IMG/VR virus record: IMGVR_UViG_3300042391_001376
Location: 124,001 to 188,000 of that record
Length of the DNA: 64,000 nucleotides
Reading direction: 5' to 3' (one strand)
Program-made: the position numbers and the translations under genes
The notes under the pieces: generated by a model
The model's input: the letters and a program-made list of their open reading frames with translations, nothing else
Told to the model about the DNA's origin: nothing
Databases searched by the model: none
Shown here: piece after piece, positions 29,726-40,928 of the stretch
How positions within the stretch are numbered: position 1 is the first letter of the stretch
How the letters are laid out: each line of letters starts with the position of its first letter

Positions 29726-30057
29726 TTTCTTATCCTTTTGTACTAGGCATTGATGGTTATATGATTCTTGTACATGATATCTATATGACAACAAAGATAA
29801 TAGCAAAGCATGTTTACCTTTGACAACCTCTATCACAATATATTCCAAACTTTTTTTTGCCGGCCGATTTCCTATATAGGTATAAAAATAAGGGAAAAAT
29901 TTTTGGTGTAAAAACATATATAAAAAAAACTAATAGGCTAAAAATATGGAAAAAATATGGGCCAGTAGTAGTGGGTATATACACACCCTTAAGATCTTTA
30001 ACGTGCCCACCCGGGTATGGGGTCTTAAGGTTAAACAATTAACAAGAGGAGAGTAAT

Positions 30058-30234
30058 ATGATTACTGTTAATAACAGCAACACACCTAGCCGTGGGCCAA
30101 GGGTATGCACATGGGGTACAGGTAAGGAATTGTCAGTAAAGCACACACCTTTCTTTCAGGTAAATGATGAAGGAAAGACTGTATGTTGGCACATGCATGC
30201 TGATGGCACTGAGTGCAGGGTAACTAAGGACTAA
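30058..30234 (+). CDS. Small early protein (58 aa)
   Basis: AGGAGAG SD; MITVNNSNTPSRGPRVCTWG...CWHMHADGTECRVTKD. Confidence 0.55.
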   Translation: MITVNNSNTPSRGPRVCTWGTGKELSVKHTPFFQVNDEGKTVCWHMHADGTECRVTKD

Positions 30235-30342
30235 GTACCCCAGTAATACTGTCCATTGGTGGACACTAAACAACATGAACCATACGATAGCCATGGTATG
30301 TAAAACATTGGGCTTTATTCACTTCAAACATAGGAGATAGTC

Positions 30343-30492
30343 ATGGACCATAACAGGACATCATATGCACGTACGTACCGTAAGTACCTACTGCATTGTG
30401 TAAAGCACAACATACCAGTAAATGCAAAGACATGTGCCTATGTAAGGGCATACCTAGTAGAAACATCAATCACCAATAAGGGAGGAAAGTAA
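30343..30492 (+). CDS. Small early protein (49 aa)
   Basis: AGGAG SD; MDHNRTSYARTYRKYLLHCVKHNIPV... Confidence 0.5.
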   Translation: MDHNRTSYARTYRKYLLHCVKHNIPVNAKTCAYVRAYLVETSITNKGGK

Positions 30493-30494
30493 CC

Positions 30495-30848
30495 ATGTTA
30501 CCAGTAACACTAACCACGTGTGAGCAGATGGCTCAGGCGTACAACACACATGCACAGTATGCCGAGGTTATTGGCAAGTACGTGTGCCATGATGGCCAGG
30601 CAGTGTGGATACAGCTTGTTGGGTGCGGTGCATCTGATAGCCATACATTCACACATACCCATAACATCCCAGAGTACATGAATAAGATGTACAATGGAAA
30701 GATTGTCCGCCTTCTAGGTGAGCGTTCATGGGATTCACGTGCACGCATGTGGGGCTACCGCTGGACCCTTCATTCAGTAAACCTATGGGAAGAGTCAGTA
30801 AAGGCTTCTCCTGCAGGTATTAAAGCCTTGTGCGGCACTAACTGCTAA
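30495..30848 (+). CDS. Hypothetical early protein
   Basis: GGAGG SD; 117 aa. Confidence 0.6.
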   Translation: MLPVTLTTCEQMAQAYNTHAQYAEVIGKYVCHDGQAVWIQLVGCGASDSHTFTHTHNIPEYMNKMYNGKIVRLLGERSWDSRARMWGYRWTLHSVNLWEESVKASPAGIKALCGTNC

Positions 30849-30953
30849 TTAAGTACATTGTCTATTGGTAGACGTTAACTTCATGACCCAACCGTTAATC
30901 AAGAGGTTGTAAATCACATGGTTATTTATCCAATATCAATTAAGGAGAAAGCA

Positions 30954-31229
30954 ATGAGTAAAGCAACAAAAATGTTCGTTGTTCTTATTGTCGCAATTGC
31001 GGCTTTAATAGCATCGGGCTTGCTAATCAATAAGCCAACATACTGTTACGTAAGTTCAGTTGTTGCATACGAAGGAGATACTCTTTGGAGTATAGCCAAG
31101 GCCAATTGCTACGGCAATAGCACCACAAATATGGTTGGTGATATCGTGGACCTCAATCCAGAATTGAAGACTCGTTATTTACGAATCGGTGAATCAATTA
31201 AGCTACCAACAGAAAACGCAGGAAAGTAA
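30954..31229 (+). CDS. Membrane-anchored LysM-domain protein
   Basis: AAGGAG SD; N-terminal TM helix; EGDTLWSIAKANC...IVDLNPEL...LRIGESIKLP. Confidence 0.85.
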   Translation: MSKATKMFVVLIVAIAALIASGLLINKPTYCYVSSVVAYEGDTLWSIAKANCYGNSTTNMVGDIVDLNPELKTRYLRIGESIKLPTENAGK

Positions 31230-31265
31230 ACATGTCAACAAACAACAATCCAAAAGGAGAAACGA

Positions 31266-33341
31266 ATGTCTGAAGAAAATGTACCAAAACCAAGAGTGTT
31301 CACTGCCGAAGAAATTGTAGCAAAAATACTACAAGAAAAACTAAGCAAGAAAGCACTCATCAATGAATTGGTTTTTGCATTGAACGACGCAGAGGCCAAC
31401 AAGCAAGAAAAAGATGCAGACATCTACTGGAATGCAATTATGGTCTTGACGAAAGGCCGAATGCTCTAAGATAGATTTTTGCAATCAACAGAAAAACAGT
31501 AAGCCAAAAAACAACAAAGGAGACAAGTAATGTTAGAAAACAATAATAAATTCCAGTCAAGGCTGGATTTAATCTCAAAAGCTGAAATTGTGTTACATCA
31601 CATGGGAGAATGGCATGAGGTTAAAATCCAATCAAATGACAATCGGCTAACAAGTGGAGCATTGACGTATACCCAATACGAAAATGTGTGTGATGAAACA
31701 AAATCATCATATTCATTTGTTGGCATTTCAGATGATGGTGCAATTGTTAATGGCTTTATCCATGATGGATCCAATAAAATTGGTCGTGGTTATGGAGGCC
31801 AGTCATTTGAATTGACAATGCAAGATGGATCACACAGGGTTCTTACCGGACCATGGAGTGGAAGGCCATCAGTCCACACTGCCAATAGCGGTATTCAATA
31901 CACCGAGGTTAACGTTAATAATACTTTGTATGGATTCTCGAAAGAATTCATTGAAGCCATAATTGATCGGTTTAACCTCAACGCAAGCCTTGAATTGACA
32001 TGCCGAGACATGGAAATTGAATTACGAGTAACAAACAACAACCAAGGAGAAAAGTAATGAGTGATATATTCAAATTAGGTGTGCTTGATTTAGACAGGCA
32101 AGCATACTTTGATTTCTGCGAAAAGAACAATGGCGGATATCTTTTAAGTTCTCGCCAGCAGAAACAGTTAGAAAAGCATCTCATAATCTGGAAATTAAAC
32201 ACGCACATTCAGAAATGTGGTTCGTGTGGTTGGTGTGAGAAAAATGCAAAACAATTCCTAGAAGAAAACATAAAGGGGGAGTAATGGCAAGGTTACATTG
32301 GAAGAACTATTCCCGTTTTGCTCGGGATTCAGAGAAAGAGGTGTGGTGTGCCTTAGGCAAACACTATGTTCACATAGCTAATGCTTGGATTACGTTTTAC
32401 CCAGTAAAGCGTGTGTGGTGCACCGAATGCAAAGCAGGCAGTGAAACTAGGGTCGAGAAGAAGAAACTAGTATCTCAAGCAAAGCAAACAATGAAAGACA
32501 ACCAACTATCACTATTCAACGAGGAAGGAAAGTAATCATGAAGCCATTCAATCCAGGGGACAAGGTACGTTCCAAGGCAAAGCCTCATATAACAGGCACT
32601 GTAAAGTGGGTTAGGTTTGAACCCAATGGAGTATCTGTTAATAGGCAAAATTCACGTGGAAAATGGAACTATGTCCAGAAGATACCAAAGGGAGGTTATA
32701 CCGTATCTATTAACTGGGATCCAGTCCCACAACTTGGTTACTACCCAGAGCGTCCTTTGCACGGTCTACAGGGGTCTACCGCAATTGAGTTAGTGCCGCA
32801 AGAAAATGTCAATCAAGAAACAACAAACAACGAAAGGAAAGAAGCCATGTCAAATCAACCAACAACAATTCGGGAGGTAAATCCGATGAAGCAGTGCAAA
32901 CACCAAGTCTGGGATTGGAAATTAATTCCAGGACAAGTAAACACAGACTACAAGGCAGTTTATTGTGAACTGTGTGGAGAGCAACTGGCTCAACTTGCAC
33001 CAAAGAACAAACCAATGACAGATAAGCAGATAAAGTTTATCCGGTCTTTGTTCTTGGAAGTTAAATCAAACATGACAATTGATGAGCAGGAGTCTTTGAC
33101 AACAAAGATGAAAGCACATATCGATGGGACAAATGTACTCACCACCAAGTGGGCATCAGCAGCTATTGACAAGCTTAAGGCATACAAGCCTAAGCCTGTT
33201 AAGCCTGTTCAAGTCATGGAAGAGGATGAGCCATTTGGCAAAGTTGAATGTCATGTATGTGGCACGAAATACCAGCCAGAAGAAATGGGCGGATCAGGCA
33301 CTGAAGTATTCACCAACGGATGCATCGCATGTCTGTATTAA
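31266..33341 (+). other. Block of five translationally coupled hypothetical early genes (31266-31469, 31530-32057, 32057-32284, 32284-32535, 32538-33341)
   Basis: Each has an SD and abutting or overlapping start/stop; several carry CxxC pairs. Confidence 0.65.
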
Positions 33342-33385
33342 ATCAATCAAACAATCAACCAACAACAAATGGGGAGGTAAAACCC

Positions 33386-36061
33386 ATGGAAACACCACAA
33401 CAAAAGCTCAATCGTTTAACGACAGAGCCTCAACAGAAAGGAGCAGAAGTGATTGCATTCATGCATGACTTCTTCCATACCATCACCAACGACCCAACAG
33501 AGCGTGAGTCATTGGCCTATTCAACCGTAAAGAAGACGGGCAAACCATTCAAGATGGGGACAACAGTTCGCACTGGTGAGAATGGTGCATACAACCACCA
33601 TATCTGGCTTATGCCAATCAACAACAACCCTACTTGGAAGTATGGACTCTTGGAGCACAAGCTTAACAGCCGCGGTAAGAAGTTCAAGCTTAAGATGATC
33701 ACAATCAATGAGCTGAAGCAGTGGATCAGCAAGGACAACGGAGACTTAGATGCACTCATCAAAGAATCCAACTTTGCTTGGGCTAATGCAACACATGCTT
33801 TCTTCTTGAAGATGCGTGAAGACAACAACTGGTCATTGGATGATCTTGGTGTCAGCGTAATCGACATGAAGAAGACATCAAAGCGACTTCAAGAAATCAC
33901 ACGGTTTACTCAGGTATATCGTTCAAGGTCAATGAAGTCAGTCACCACTAAGGCTTATACGAACGAATGGCTTGAGCAATACTACTCTAGCTATGGATTG
34001 AAGTATGATCCAGCAGATGAGGTGATGTTCGATGGACCAGCCTTCATGCGCAAATCAGCATTCATCAAAGCTTGTTTCCCTATCAAAGATGCGGAAGTAA
34101 GAGGCAAGATGATTGGTGGTGTACACGGTGACAATCGCACTTGGTTGTTCCGTATGAAAATGGAAGGCTGCATGCTTAAGGGCTTGTTGCACATTGTTGA
34201 GGATGATGAAATCCCAGCAGACATTGTGTACCATGAATCAATGGAAAAGAAGGAATTGTCCACAACAGATGGTAATTATACATTTGTAGCGTGGCCGATG
34301 CCAACTCTGTACGAAGTAACGATTGACGATCAATCAATGATCAATAATCCATGGTTGTACACCACTGAACACCTCAAAACTACATGCGACAGTCTTTTGT
34401 CTGACTTCAAGAAAGAAATCGAAGTGGGCAATATGCCAGAATGGATGACTGTTAGCATGGATGACCAAGAGGATCATGGAGTAGTCAACGAAGACAATGA
34501 ACTCCAAGAGTGGCAAGCAAACTACATCAAGTGGCAAAAGGCTGGGTTCTCATTGTATGACAGCTCAAACTTTATTCACATGGCGTACGGTCAGCTTGCT
34601 AATCGCATGAGTGCATCAGTTAAGCGTGGTAACATCTGGTTGCCAATGTTTAACGCATTCATGGCTCCTGTCATTACTCATGAGGCATTGCAAATCATGG
34701 GTGGACAAGAACTGCCAGAGTCAAAGTCAAATGTTGTATGGTATGACAAGCGCTTCGGTGCAATCATCCCAGGCAACCGCTTTGTTGAGACAGCAGATCT
34801 TCACGACACATGGGACCAAGATGGTGACATGGCCAGGTTCATCCGCATTAAGTTGTGGAGCTCTTCGCCAGTTGTAACTCTCTATGGGTTGTCACACCAG
34901 GAATTCAGGGATGGATTTGTTATCCCAGCTGACCTGGAAGTACCAACCACACCAGAAGAAGCAATCGACATGGTTGTCATCATTCGTTCACCAAACGGAC
35001 CTGGTGGTTATTCAATCGAGCGTTACGATGCAGAGACAATGCCATTTATGCGTGTAAACGAGGACATGGTACAGGTAATTGACCTTAGCAAAGCAACATT
35101 GCCGATGAGCACACTGCTTAAAGACACTATTGTTGACACTAAGCTCAATGAAATCCTGAACTCAACACAGTACACCAAGAGGGGATTCACACGGGATAAC
35201 GCCAAGGACATGATTGATGCACAACTGCACAACCCTGGGTTTGGTTCATTCTCAAACTTCATGATGGTGCATGCAAGTGTGTTCGGTCCAAGCTACCCAA
35301 CCTACATGCCAGCTAGTGGTAATGACATTATCGATGCAAGCTCTCAGACAGCAAACATTGAGGCATTCCGCTTTATCAGTGGCAGCGTATCAACCATGTG
35401 GCAATCATTGATCGATGATATGGTCAAACAAGATATCAAGATTGACAGCTACATGATGAGTCGTATCCCTGATCGGTTCAAGCATGAGTTGGAAGGTAAT
35501 GTCTATGATGGACCATTGGCAGAGCTCAGTGAGCACTACATCAAGGTACTCAAGGATGTACGCGAAGAGAAGAAGAACACCATCTATCTCCGCATGCGTT
35601 CTGAGTTAATTCCTCAACTGCAACAGTTAATCCCTACACTGTCAGATCAAACACAGGCTGTCTGTGAAGCATTCAACACCAAGTATATCCACATGTTGCG
35701 TGCATTTGACGAGCGTAAGGCAGAAGCTAAGGCAGAAGAGACAAAGTGGTCAAGCCGCTACTTCAAGGCATGGAACGCTGTGTATTCTTCAACCGAGTTG
35801 GAAGCCATTGTCAAGATGATGGTCGATGAGATTGAAACGTCCAAGTCACCAACCAAGATGGCTGTTGCTATCTATCGCTGGATGACTGATCCAAAGATGA
35901 GCTACGAGAGGGTGTATCACGAAGGTCGTGGCGAATACATCAAGGCCAATGCTCATCTGCGTTATGGTCTAGTTGACCGTGTAATGTTCCAAGCCGGCAA
36001 GCGTGGGCAGAAATCAATGATGGATCTGCTTATCCAGGGGCTCAAGGATCTGGGCCTCTAG
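33386..36061 (+). CDS. Two-barrel (QDE-1/YonO-like) single-chain RNA polymerase-like protein 1
   Basis: GGAGGT SD + ATG 33386; MFDGPAFM (DG motif), FRMKMEGCMLKG (R...KG), catalytic-type DQDGD (34814-34828), IIRSPNG. Confidence 0.7.
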   Translation: METPQQKLNRLTTEPQQKGAEVIAFMHDFFHTITNDPTERESLAYSTVKKTGKPFKMGTTVRTGENGAYNHHIWLMPINNNPTWKYGLLEHKLNSRGKKFKLKMITINELKQWISKDNGDLDALIKESNFAWANATHAFFLKMREDNNWSLDDLGVSVIDMKKTSKRLQEITRFTQVYRSRSMKSVTTKAYTNEWLEQYYSSYGLKYDPADEVMFDGPAFMRKSAFIKACFPIKDAEVRGKMIGGVHGDNRTWLFRMKMEGCMLKGLLHIVEDDEIPADIVYHESMEKKELSTTDGNYTFVAWPMPTLYEVTIDDQSMINNPWLYTTEHLKTTCDSLLSDFKKEIEVGNMPEWMTVSMDDQEDHGVVNEDNELQEWQANYIKWQKAGFSLYDSSNFIHMAYGQLANRMSASVKRGNIWLPMFNAFMAPVITHEALQIMGGQELPESKSNVVWYDKRFGAIIPGNRFVETADLHDTWDQDGDMARFIRIKLWSSSPVVTLYGLSHQEFRDGFVIPADLEVPTTPEEAIDMVVIIRSPNGPGGYSIERYDAETMPFMRVNEDMVQVIDLSKATLPMSTLLKDTIVDTKLNEILNSTQYTKRGFTRDNAKDMIDAQLHNPGFGSFSNFMMVHASVFGPSYPTYMPASGNDIIDASSQTANIEAFRFISGSVSTMWQSLIDDMVKQDIKIDSYMMSRIPDRFKHELEGNVYDGPLAELSEHYIKVLKDVREEKKNTIYLRMRSELIPQLQQLIPTLSDQTQAVCEAFNTKYIHMLRAFDERKAEAKAEETKWSSRYFKAWNAVYSSTELEAIVKMMVDEIETSKSPTKMAVAIYRWMTDPKMSYERVYHEGRGEYIKANAHLRYGLVDRVMFQAGKRGQKSMMDLLIQGLKDLGL

Positions 36062-36290
36062 GATAAGTATTATCTTAATGTTATATTCTAAACAAGCACC
36101 GTGCTCTGCCTAGTCCCCAAGACTTGGTTCCACTTTGATTCTAAACACGGTTCAAGAGATTTTCCGCGGTCTGGCCCCCATCACGGGTCTGGCCGTTGAA
36201 TAAGTCGGGGTCTTTCGGGACTTCGCCTACTGGTAACATCGGGTTGCTGGTAGTTTATGTGACTACGGTCACAGAAAGGGGTTGGGTCTA

Positions 36291-36818
36291 ATGACTCTTC
36301 TCATCACTAAGGTTGGTGCACCTACAACGCACACACATAACTTGAAGGACGGCTCAGGCTCGTTCAGCAAGACCGAAATTCCTGTAACCCTACAGGCTAA
36401 GTTCGGTGAGGAAGCAGGCTTTCAGATTGGTGTGAACTACACTGTCTGGATGGACGCTGCTCGTGCAAGCAAAGTCGTCGCGATTGCTCAGGCATTCATT
36501 GATGGCACAGCCACTGACAGTAACGGTGAACTGTATCACCCAAGTTGCCGTCTTGCTGTACTCAACGACAGCGAGTGCTTTACTGCGGGCGAACTGCGGA
36601 CGAAAGACTTGACCAACAAGTTTGGTGGCACATACACTGTGACCAACCAGACCATTTGGTTGAAGGACGACACGGCTTTGACTTATGACATTGCCGAGTT
36701 GGCTGTTTCCCCTCAGCGTGGCAATATCGATGACCTCGATATCCTCGTTGACTTCCGTGGTGCTGGTTTGGTTGCGCCAGTTGTTACATCCACTGCTACT
36801 GCTGAAGTGCCTTTCTGA
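36291..36818 (+). CDS. Putative ssDNA-binding (OB-fold-like) protein ending in ATAEVPF
   Basis: Beta-rich 175 aa, highly-expressed codon bias, SSB-like C-terminal PF tip, followed by a strong terminator. Confidence 0.45.
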   Translation: MTLLITKVGAPTTHTHNLKDGSGSFSKTEIPVTLQAKFGEEAGFQIGVNYTVWMDAARASKVVAIAQAFIDGTATDSNGELYHPSCRLAVLNDSECFTAGELRTKDLTNKFGGTYTVTNQTIWLKDDTALTYDIAELAVSPQRGNIDDLDILVDFRGAGLVAPVVTSTATAEVPF

Positions 36819-36839
36819 CACTTTAGTTTTAGCCCGTTT

Positions 36840-36894
36840 TGTCAGTCAGGTCGGTATGCCCCCCCGCATATCGGCTTGACTGACATTTTTTTTT
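36840..36894 (+). terminator. Rho-independent terminator
   Basis: About 20-bp stem TGTCAGTCAGGTCGGTATGC / GCATATCGGCTTGACTGACA followed by T9. Confidence 0.85.
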
Positions 36895-36970
36895 GCAACT
36901 AGTTCCCTAATCTTTTTTTTGTTCCTAGTGTCCTAATCCTTAGGAATAAGTCGGAGAAAAGGAGAATAGC

Positions 36971-37129
36971 ATGAGTGAACCTTACATTTGCGGAACAGCA
37001 GCACCTGATCCTTGCGAATTTGAAAGCGTAGAGCATCATGACGCTACTTGTCAAGAATGTCTATCTTGGTTTCCAACATGGACAGCGGCTCAACAAGCAG
37101 CTAAAGCAGCAAGAGATCTGTGTAAATAA
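36971..37129 (+). CDS. Small Cys/His-rich protein (52 aa)
   Basis: AAGGAG SD; MSEPYICGTAAPDPCEFESVEHHDATCQECLSW... Confidence 0.55.
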   Translation: MSEPYICGTAAPDPCEFESVEHHDATCQECLSWFPTWTAAQQAAKAARDLCK

Positions 37130-37319
37130 TCATAGGACACATATAAAAGCCTATGTACTGGTAGCCTGTAAACCAATGGATGTCGAATCAGGCTGAGTAG
37201 TCAACACTTATATATACATACGGTCGTTCTACCGATGTAAAGTTGATAATGAACAGTCGAGTTACAGCGACTTTTAAACATTTAGGGTAACCTAGGCCAC
37301 TGGTACAAGGGCGACATTA

Positions 37320-39370
37320 TTGTACTGTCTGACATATGCAGGAATAGCGTTGTATCAATATGTTATATTATTCATCTCAATTGAAAGGATTGTTATGGGA
37401 ATTCAAGATGACTCATTTGATGTTAATCTTATTGCGACCAAAGAAGGTCTAATAAAGATTAGCCAGATGACTTTGCTAGAAACGGTCAAGGAAATGAACC
37501 GCCGTACAGACTCATTGCTTGAGATCTGTGAATCACACCAAATACTTATTGAGCAGTTGTCCGATAAAGTTATTTCTTTACAGGACGCACTTGATAATCT
37601 CAAGCCTTGCCAATGCTGTGGAAACAACCCATGCCTCGAATCACTCGATGCAACTAAACATGGAGACTACTAATGGATCTCATCTTACCTTTAGGCATTC
37701 TAATCCTCATATCAGCAGTCTTCGTTCGCGGGATTGTGCGATATGTTGCCGGCAACCCATGGAAGTTACATCGTTGCATGAACCACCAGTTCTACTTTGA
37801 AGAAATAGATTGTCGTGGAATATATTGTGGCGTATGTCACAAGGACATAGACATTGAGTATTATTCTAAAGGAATAAGTCGGGAGGGAATAACCCATGAA
37901 AATACAAATGATTGATGACATACCACGCAAAGGTTTGTGTGCCATATGTCACAAGACCAAACTCACAGTAACAGTATCAATCAAATCCAAAGGAAGTCCT
38001 ATAATCACCACTGAAGATTGGTGCTTAGAAGATTTCCACACACTACAAGATAAAACACTCACACTACACTGAAAGGTAGAACCATGATATCAAAATATGA
38101 AACAAAAGATGAAAACTGGGAATCCTATGGTTTTCTTAATGTACTAACCGAATATCACACACGCCCTCAAGGTATGATCAGTTCAATGCGAGCTGAAAAA
38201 TACAACGATGGTAATGTTCATATTGAATTCAACATTCAAAGCCCAAGTGGTACACCAGATTCATCTGACTTCCTAACCTACACTATGCTAGAAATCAATT
38301 CATTTGAACGCGCTAAAGCTATTGTAGATATGTATGCAACCATGTTAGACTCTTACATTCTAAAGATGTCAGCATGAAAACATTCGGACTAATCTCAATA
38401 TCATTTGCTGCGGGTAGCATCTCAATGATGATGTGGATTCGCAAAATATTCAATAAAACAATGAAAGGAACCTTGTGAAAAAACTTGCAATCATCACTAC
38501 AACAATAGCATTCGTTATTGCCGGCTTAGCATTATACATCAAAAAGATGACATTGTTCAAAGGAGAATAAACATGAAGCATAAAATACTACTAACATTTG
38601 CAATTCTTACTTTAGCTATTCCAGTTTCTACTGCAAACGCTAAAGGTGGAGGAAGTCATTGTGTAAAAATATTTAATCAATCAACTAAAATTTGGGGCTG
38701 GAATTGTGAAGGTAAACCTAAATTCTTTATATGTGGTAAAGCCTACAGATGCATGTCATTACCACCAGGAACTAAAATTTACGCTACAGGCCAAATTTAC
38801 CCTTAAAAGGAGAATAAGCATGAACTATAAGAAACTATTCTGGGGCTACATGGCATTTAGTGCTATCACTGGCTTCTTTATTGGCATTGTGCGCGGCATT
38901 GAGCAAGAAAAGATCAAGCGTCGCTTACGCAATAACCCATTGTCTGCCAGTAAAGCATTTCAAGAAGTGTACGGACACTACAACAATGATGACCTAGACT
39001 TTCCTGAATGGGTCAACACTGATGAAGACGCTAGATTCAATAGCATTGTAGGCCGTCTAAACCATCCAACGAACCGACAGAAGTAGGAATAAGTCGGGAT
39101 ATTTTCGGAGGGGGGTGACCGTTGTTTGATTGGCTATTCGATATTATCCAAGATATATTAGATTCAATATTCAACTAAGGAGAAAAACATTATGTTAGGT
39201 AAATTTCTAGGCAAAGTTACTGGCAAATCAGTGGAAGTAGTTACTGCTACGCCAGATTTTCTAAAGACGAACACTAAAGCGACTATGGAAGCACTCAAGA
39301 GTGCAAAAGATGGATTCGTAACTGATTTCAAGGCTGAATACAACAAGCCTGAAGTAACTAACGAGGACTA
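37320..39370 (+). other. Block of small hypothetical early genes (e.g. 37320-37673, 37673-37915, 38084-38377, 38573-38806, about 38820-39086)
   Basis: Short SD-led ORFs; several have N-terminal hydrophobic segments. Confidence 0.55.
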
Positions 39371-39450
39371 ATACAAAGATTTGGGCTAGTCCCAAAATAA
39401 GCAATAAACACATATCATATCCACATAATAAACACATAAGGAATAAACAC

Positions 39451-40494
39451 ATGTCATTACTCGAAAAATTCGGTTACAAGAAAGACGAGTTCGCAATCGC
39501 TTTGGAAAACCCAGAGTTGTTTGCATCAAACTCAACTACCACTAAAATTACTGTTGGTACACCAGCCAAGATTGCTGGTTCTATCAATGGCGTTGCTGTT
39601 CCAACCACCATTCTAGTAAAGAATGCTAACTGGAGCCGTCTCACCGTGCGTGACCATGTTATCCGTCGTCAGGACGCAGAGCCACGCATCAGCCAAGTAT
39701 TCGGTGGTGTATTCAATAACTTCCAAGCAGACATCACGCTTGAAGTTGATGGTACTGAAATGTCATTGTATGAACTCATGAAGCAGTTCTGCATCGAATC
39801 GTTCGGTACATCCCTTACAGATGACCAAGTAAACAAGATGTTGGAGAGCAACCTTTCGCTCAACGGCATTCGTAACGGTGGCCCTCTGATGTTCCAGCAA
39901 ATGGGTGCAAATCCTGCTGGTATCGCACACGCAGTAGAAGCGTTCCGTACAGCTGGAGCAATTGACGATATGAAGTCTGTTGCATCAAGCAAATCATTCA
40001 ATACAGCTTATAAGATTCCTGGCGATGGTGCTGGTCTTGAAGTTGTATCGTTTGAACTTGGTACATCTGACCGTTCACTCTCAAAGACAGGACAAGGCTT
40101 CATTGACATCGTCAGTGCAGTGACTGAGAACTTTGAGCGTGTAAAGAATCACAAGTCTGTTGCTAAAGTATTGCAGGACAAGTTGAACGCAAGCATCGGT
40201 TCAATGAGCCAAGAAGCAATCAAGAAAGCACAGGCAGAAATCAAGATTGAACTTGACATGGCTAAAGACTATGCTAACTGCTGGTCTGGTGCTGCTCGTC
40301 AAACCAAGATTGACAATGGTCGCAAGATCGTTGAGAACAAGTACAATGCAGTAAACGCCCCATGTGGTCGTTGGTCTGCAGTAGTTGCTGGTCAAACCAT
40401 CGACTTTGATGTATGGTCAAACTCGACAAAAGCACCAGTACAAACCGCAGAACAGCAGATCAGCGATATCGCAACCGCTGAGGTACCGTTCTAA
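39451..40494 (+). CDS. Highly expressed hypothetical protein ending in ATAEVPF
   Basis: 347 aa, strong codon bias, C-terminal heptapeptide identical to that of 36291-36818. Confidence 0.75.
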   Translation: MSLLEKFGYKKDEFAIALENPELFASNSTTTKITVGTPAKIAGSINGVAVPTTILVKNANWSRLTVRDHVIRRQDAEPRISQVFGGVFNNFQADITLEVDGTEMSLYELMKQFCIESFGTSLTDDQVNKMLESNLSLNGIRNGGPLMFQQMGANPAGIAHAVEAFRTAGAIDDMKSVASSKSFNTAYKIPGDGAGLEVVSFELGTSDRSLSKTGQGFIDIVSAVTENFERVKNHKSVAKVLQDKLNASIGSMSQEAIKKAQAEIKIELDMAKDYANCWSGAARQTKIDNGRKIVENKYNAVNAPCGRWSAVVAGQTIDFDVWSNSTKAPVQTAEQQISDIATAEVPF

Positions 40495-40506
40495 GGTTAT
40501 CTAAAT

Positions 40507-40545
40507 TTGGTGGGGTTGGCCTGACTGATCGCGGGTCAACCCTAC
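40507..40545 (+). terminator. Terminator-like stem-loop
   Basis: TGGTGGGGTTGGCCTG / CGGGTCAACCCTACTA inverted repeat directly after the stop. Confidence 0.55.
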
Positions 40546-40664
40546 TAATAAACTTTTAGTGGGTAGTAAGTGTGCACATTCCCGATGAATGCTGCGAACC
40601 AACCATTTGCTACCCACTATTTAAGTATAATAAAAAAAATTTTATTAACTCAAAAAGGATTAAC

Positions 40665-40928
40665 ATGAGCACCCCACTTGAAATGCTAAATATCCAGCGT
40701 TGGATGAAGGACGCCGCATGCAAAGGAAACACTGAAGGTGACTGGTTCCCAGAACAACCAGGCAGGACCCCAGCTATCAAAATAGCAATAGACATCTGTA
40801 AGCAATGCGCGGTAAAACAAGAATGCTATGATTATGCTATAAACCGCCCAGAACTACAAGGCATCTGGGGTGGAGTAACAGCACGCAAACGTGGGAACCT
40901 ACGATCCAAAGGAAAGAAAAGTGAATGA
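40665..40928 (+). CDS. whiB: WhiB-family Fe-S transcription factor
   Basis: W...AAC ... C..C.V..EC...A ... GIWGG; AAGGA SD, start 40665. Confidence 0.92.
   Translation: MSTPLEMLNIQRWMKDAACKGNTEGDWFPEQPGRTPAIKIAIDICKQCAVKQECYDYAINRPELQGIWGGVTARKRGNLRSKGKKSE

Noticed and set aside
33320-33385. Track start of the 913-aa ORF
   Set aside because: No SD, and it overlaps the previous gene; the GGAGGT SD supports ATG 33386
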